Shown: positions 56,917 through 58,796 of the stretch, one piece after another
Layout: every line of letters starts with the position of its first letter
How positions within the stretch are numbered: position 1 is the first letter of the stretch
Source: a virus
Taxonomy: Duplodnaviria > Caudoviricetes
Length of the DNA stretch: 58,796 nt
Reading direction: 5' to 3' (one strand)
IMG/VR virus record: IMGVR_UViG_3300042542_005195
Span: 1 to 58,796 of that record
Notes under the pieces: model-generated
What the model saw: the letters and a program-made list of their open reading frames with translations, nothing else
What the model was told of the DNA's origin: nothing
Databases searched by the model: none
Made by a program: the position numbers and the translations under genes

Positions 56917-56935
56917 TTTACAAAGATATAAAAAA

Positions 56936-57301
56936 TTATTTTAACATTCCTTTCTGAATTGCAAATTCAAACATATTAACCAAATCTTCATAAAACTCGG
57001 GATTTTTTAATTGTTCAGGTTCTCCCTCATGTTCAACATCACAATCATCAAATAAATCGGGTTTTAATTCGTATAAATTTACCTTTTCATCAACCGCCTG
57101 TTTCAAAAGCGGATAAAACTCATTTAATAACCAATATTCGTTATCCCATATAAAATCATATGACACCGAACCATTTGAATTTGGGTAATTGATACAAGCA
57201 AATGATGTCCCATAAAATTCATCATCTTTTTTTACAAGTGATGCAAGTTCGAATTGGATACCATCAATTTCTTCCGATAATATATTATAGGTTGCAAACA
57301 T
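56936..57301 (-). CDS. Hypothetical acidic protein
   Basis: 121 aa; TATATTTG at 57322-57329. Confidence 0.7.
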   Translation of the reverse strand: MFATYNILSEEIDGIQFELASLVKKDDEFYGTSFACINYPNSNGSVSYDFIWDNEYWLLNEFYPLLKQAVDEKVNLYELKPDLFDDCDVEHEGEPEQLKNPEFYEDLVNMFEFAIQKGMLK

Positions 57302-57339
57302 GGTTTTGGGTTTTTGAAAGACAAATATAATTAAAAAAA

Positions 57340-57939
57340 CTATAAACTTACAACACAGATTGGAAAAGTGTTTTTTGTAAAATATTTTACGTGTTCTGAT
57401 GGGGACACTGGATGATGTTCATGGACCAATTTTTTTATTTGACAACCATCAAATTCTTTCTGACATAAATTATTATTACTCAAATCTAAACCAAATCTTG
57501 AAAATTTACCCCCCGGTTTAAGGAAGTCTTTTATAAAATGAAAAAACTTATATGTATTTTGGTCACAGTGAGTGTCAAAATAAACAGAATCATATTTCAT
57601 ACTGTTTATTGATTCTATCACAGTTGTCCAATCACCATAAATTATGTTAACATTTTTTTTATCTTCAGACCAAATTTTTAATTTTTCATATACCTGAGGA
57701 TGCCCTTCAACTATTGTGTGGGTTTTTGGTTTTCTTTTTTGAGCATAACTTGCAAATATACCCATGCCGAAACCAACCTCTAATAAATCATCACCTTCAT
57801 CAACTAAAATCTCAGCAGTTCTTTCCATCAAAGAATCTTCACAAGAATCCATTACAATATTAATCTTTTCGTTGAAAGTAAAAAAAATACTATTTTCATT
57901 AAACGTTAATTTTTTTTTAAAAAAAGAATTATTATTCAT
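57340..57939 (-). CDS. Class I methyltransferase (GAMT/Rmt2-like)
   Basis: LEVGFGMGI, HTIVEGHP, GDW, YDSVYFDT and LKPGG. Confidence 0.8.
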   Translation of the reverse strand: MNNNSFFKKKLTFNENSIFFTFNEKINIVMDSCEDSLMERTAEILVDEGDDLLEVGFGMGIFASYAQKRKPKTHTIVEGHPQVYEKLKIWSEDKKNVNIIYGDWTTVIESINSMKYDSVYFDTHCDQNTYKFFHFIKDFLKPGGKFSRFGLDLSNNNLCQKEFDGCQIKKLVHEHHPVSPSEHVKYFTKNTFPICVVSL

Positions 57940-58054
57940 CTTCGAATCCTTTATTTTTGTTATTTTTTTTATTGGAAGATTTGTTTTTACTCTGATTCCC
58001 TTTGTTTTTTTGTTTTTGCGAATCGTTTTTTGTGTTGCGATAAGTTTTACCCAT
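57932..58054 (-). CDS. 40-aa basic Lys/Asn-rich peptide (not in the ORF track)
   Basis: MGKTYRNTKNDSQKQKNKGNQSKNKSSNKKNNKNKGFEDE*. It fills the gap exactly and overlaps the next ATG. Confidence 0.55.
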   Translation of the reverse strand: MGKTYRNTKNDSQKQKNKGNQSKNKSSNKKNNKNKGFEDE

Positions 58055-58059
58055 GACTA

Positions 58060-58719
58060 TTATCCAATTACTCCTTTTAATTCATCTGTGTGGTGGTCAA
58101 ATTCCATATCTGAAAGAATGTCCCTTTTTTCTAAAGTGGGAACAATCTCACGAATTAGGTCGTAGGGACGAAATCCTTCAGAACCATCCATGCCAACATC
58201 CATTTTTCTGCCCTTACCAAATTTCTTATCCTTTGGAAGGTGAACGTGGCCGTGAAGGTGCATGACACCTTTGTTCATACCGTTCCAAGAAGAAAGTGGA
58301 TAGTGCATCAAAACAAATTTTTTACTACCTACATTGAGTTCAACATAATCACTCACTTGTTTAAACAATCCTCGTGACCCATCTCTGTTTCTTTCAATAT
58401 GGTGGTCGTGATTACCTAATACAAGATATATGTTTTTACATACAATTTGGTCCCAAAATTTACGGATGTTTTCAAACCCACCGAAAGACCAATCTCCCAA
58501 GTGAATTAGAACATCATCTTGACCAACAACTTCATTGATGTTATTTACAATTACCGAGTTCATTTTTTCCAAACTTGAAAAATCTCTTGTTTGAGAAATA
58601 GGAATTGAACCATCGGGCATTCTCCAATCAGTTGTGGAGCGACAAATGTTTTTGTGACCGTAGTGAGTGTCAGATGTAATCCATATTTTGGTTCCGACAT
58701 CAAGTTTAATTACGCTCAT
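58060..58719 (-). CDS. Calcineurin-like metallophosphoesterase
   Basis: SDTHYGH, HLGD, GNHD, HYP and HGHVH. Confidence 0.92.
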   Translation of the reverse strand: MSVIKLDVGTKIWITSDTHYGHKNICRSTTDWRMPDGSIPISQTRDFSSLEKMNSVIVNNINEVVGQDDVLIHLGDWSFGGFENIRKFWDQIVCKNIYLVLGNHDHHIERNRDGSRGLFKQVSDYVELNVGSKKFVLMHYPLSSWNGMNKGVMHLHGHVHLPKDKKFGKGRKMDVGMDGSEGFRPYDLIREIVPTLEKRDILSDMEFDHHTDELKGVIG

Positions 58720-58796
58720 AAATCTTTTTTTTCTGTATTGATATACTTAAATTTTTTTACTTTTTGAGAAACAACAAAACCATCTTTTTTGACAAG
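58716..58796 (-). CDS. 3' end of an upstream gene cut by the window edge
   Basis: Open frame LVKKDGF...EKKDL* ending in an ATGA overlap. Confidence 0.5.
   Translation of the reverse strand, partial: LVKKDGFVVSQKVKKFKYINTEKKDL

Noticed and set aside
57340-57939. Hen1 RNA 2'-O-methyltransferase
   Set aside because: It lacks the Hen1 ExxEH metal-binding motif; the motifs fit the GAMT/Rmt2-like class instead.
1-58796. Stop-codon reassignment as in some large phages
   Set aside because: Conserved genes are full length in code 11, and TAA, TGA and TAG (57340) all end genes at sensible places.

Overview
AT-rich segment (roughly 30% GC by eye) of a large T4-like (probably jumbo) myophage genome, read in genetic code 11. 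Seven TAnnTTTG promoter elements, A-rich starts without Shine-Dalgarno sequences and a Gly-initiated tmRNA tag point to a Bacteroidota host. From left to right: (1) 1-18.8 kb: dUTPase, then a large glycan operon (about 11 glycosyltransferase genes, gmd/colD/colC-like nucleotide-sugar enzymes, amidotransferase, methyltransferases, PhoH). (2) 18.8-27.7 kb: a gp55-like sigma factor and baseplate/virion genes. (3) 27.7-41.5 kb: a minus-strand head module (major capsid, scaffold, prohead protease, portal, terminase). (4) 41.6-51.6 kb: an NTase-peptidase fusion, KTSC, a divergent hsp20/clpC pair and a family of proteins with shared leaders. (5) 51.7-53.7 kb: an RNA island with tmRNA, an aberrant tRNA(CAT), a highly base-paired unidentified ~340-nt RNA and two small hairpin RNAs. 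(6) 53.8-58.8 kb: lipoprotein, pseudo-M23 protein, DnaJ-type zinc finger, RNA ligase and phosphoesterase. The best candidates for undescribed biology are the structured RNA island, a leader-peptide head-cargo system co-occurring with a TATTTAT motif, a possible virion glycosylation system (colitose pathway plus [ST]GxT motif), and a tmRNA/ClpC/Hsp20 quality-control set with back-to-back sigma-54-like promoters. All family assignments come from motif recognition by eye; no searches were run.
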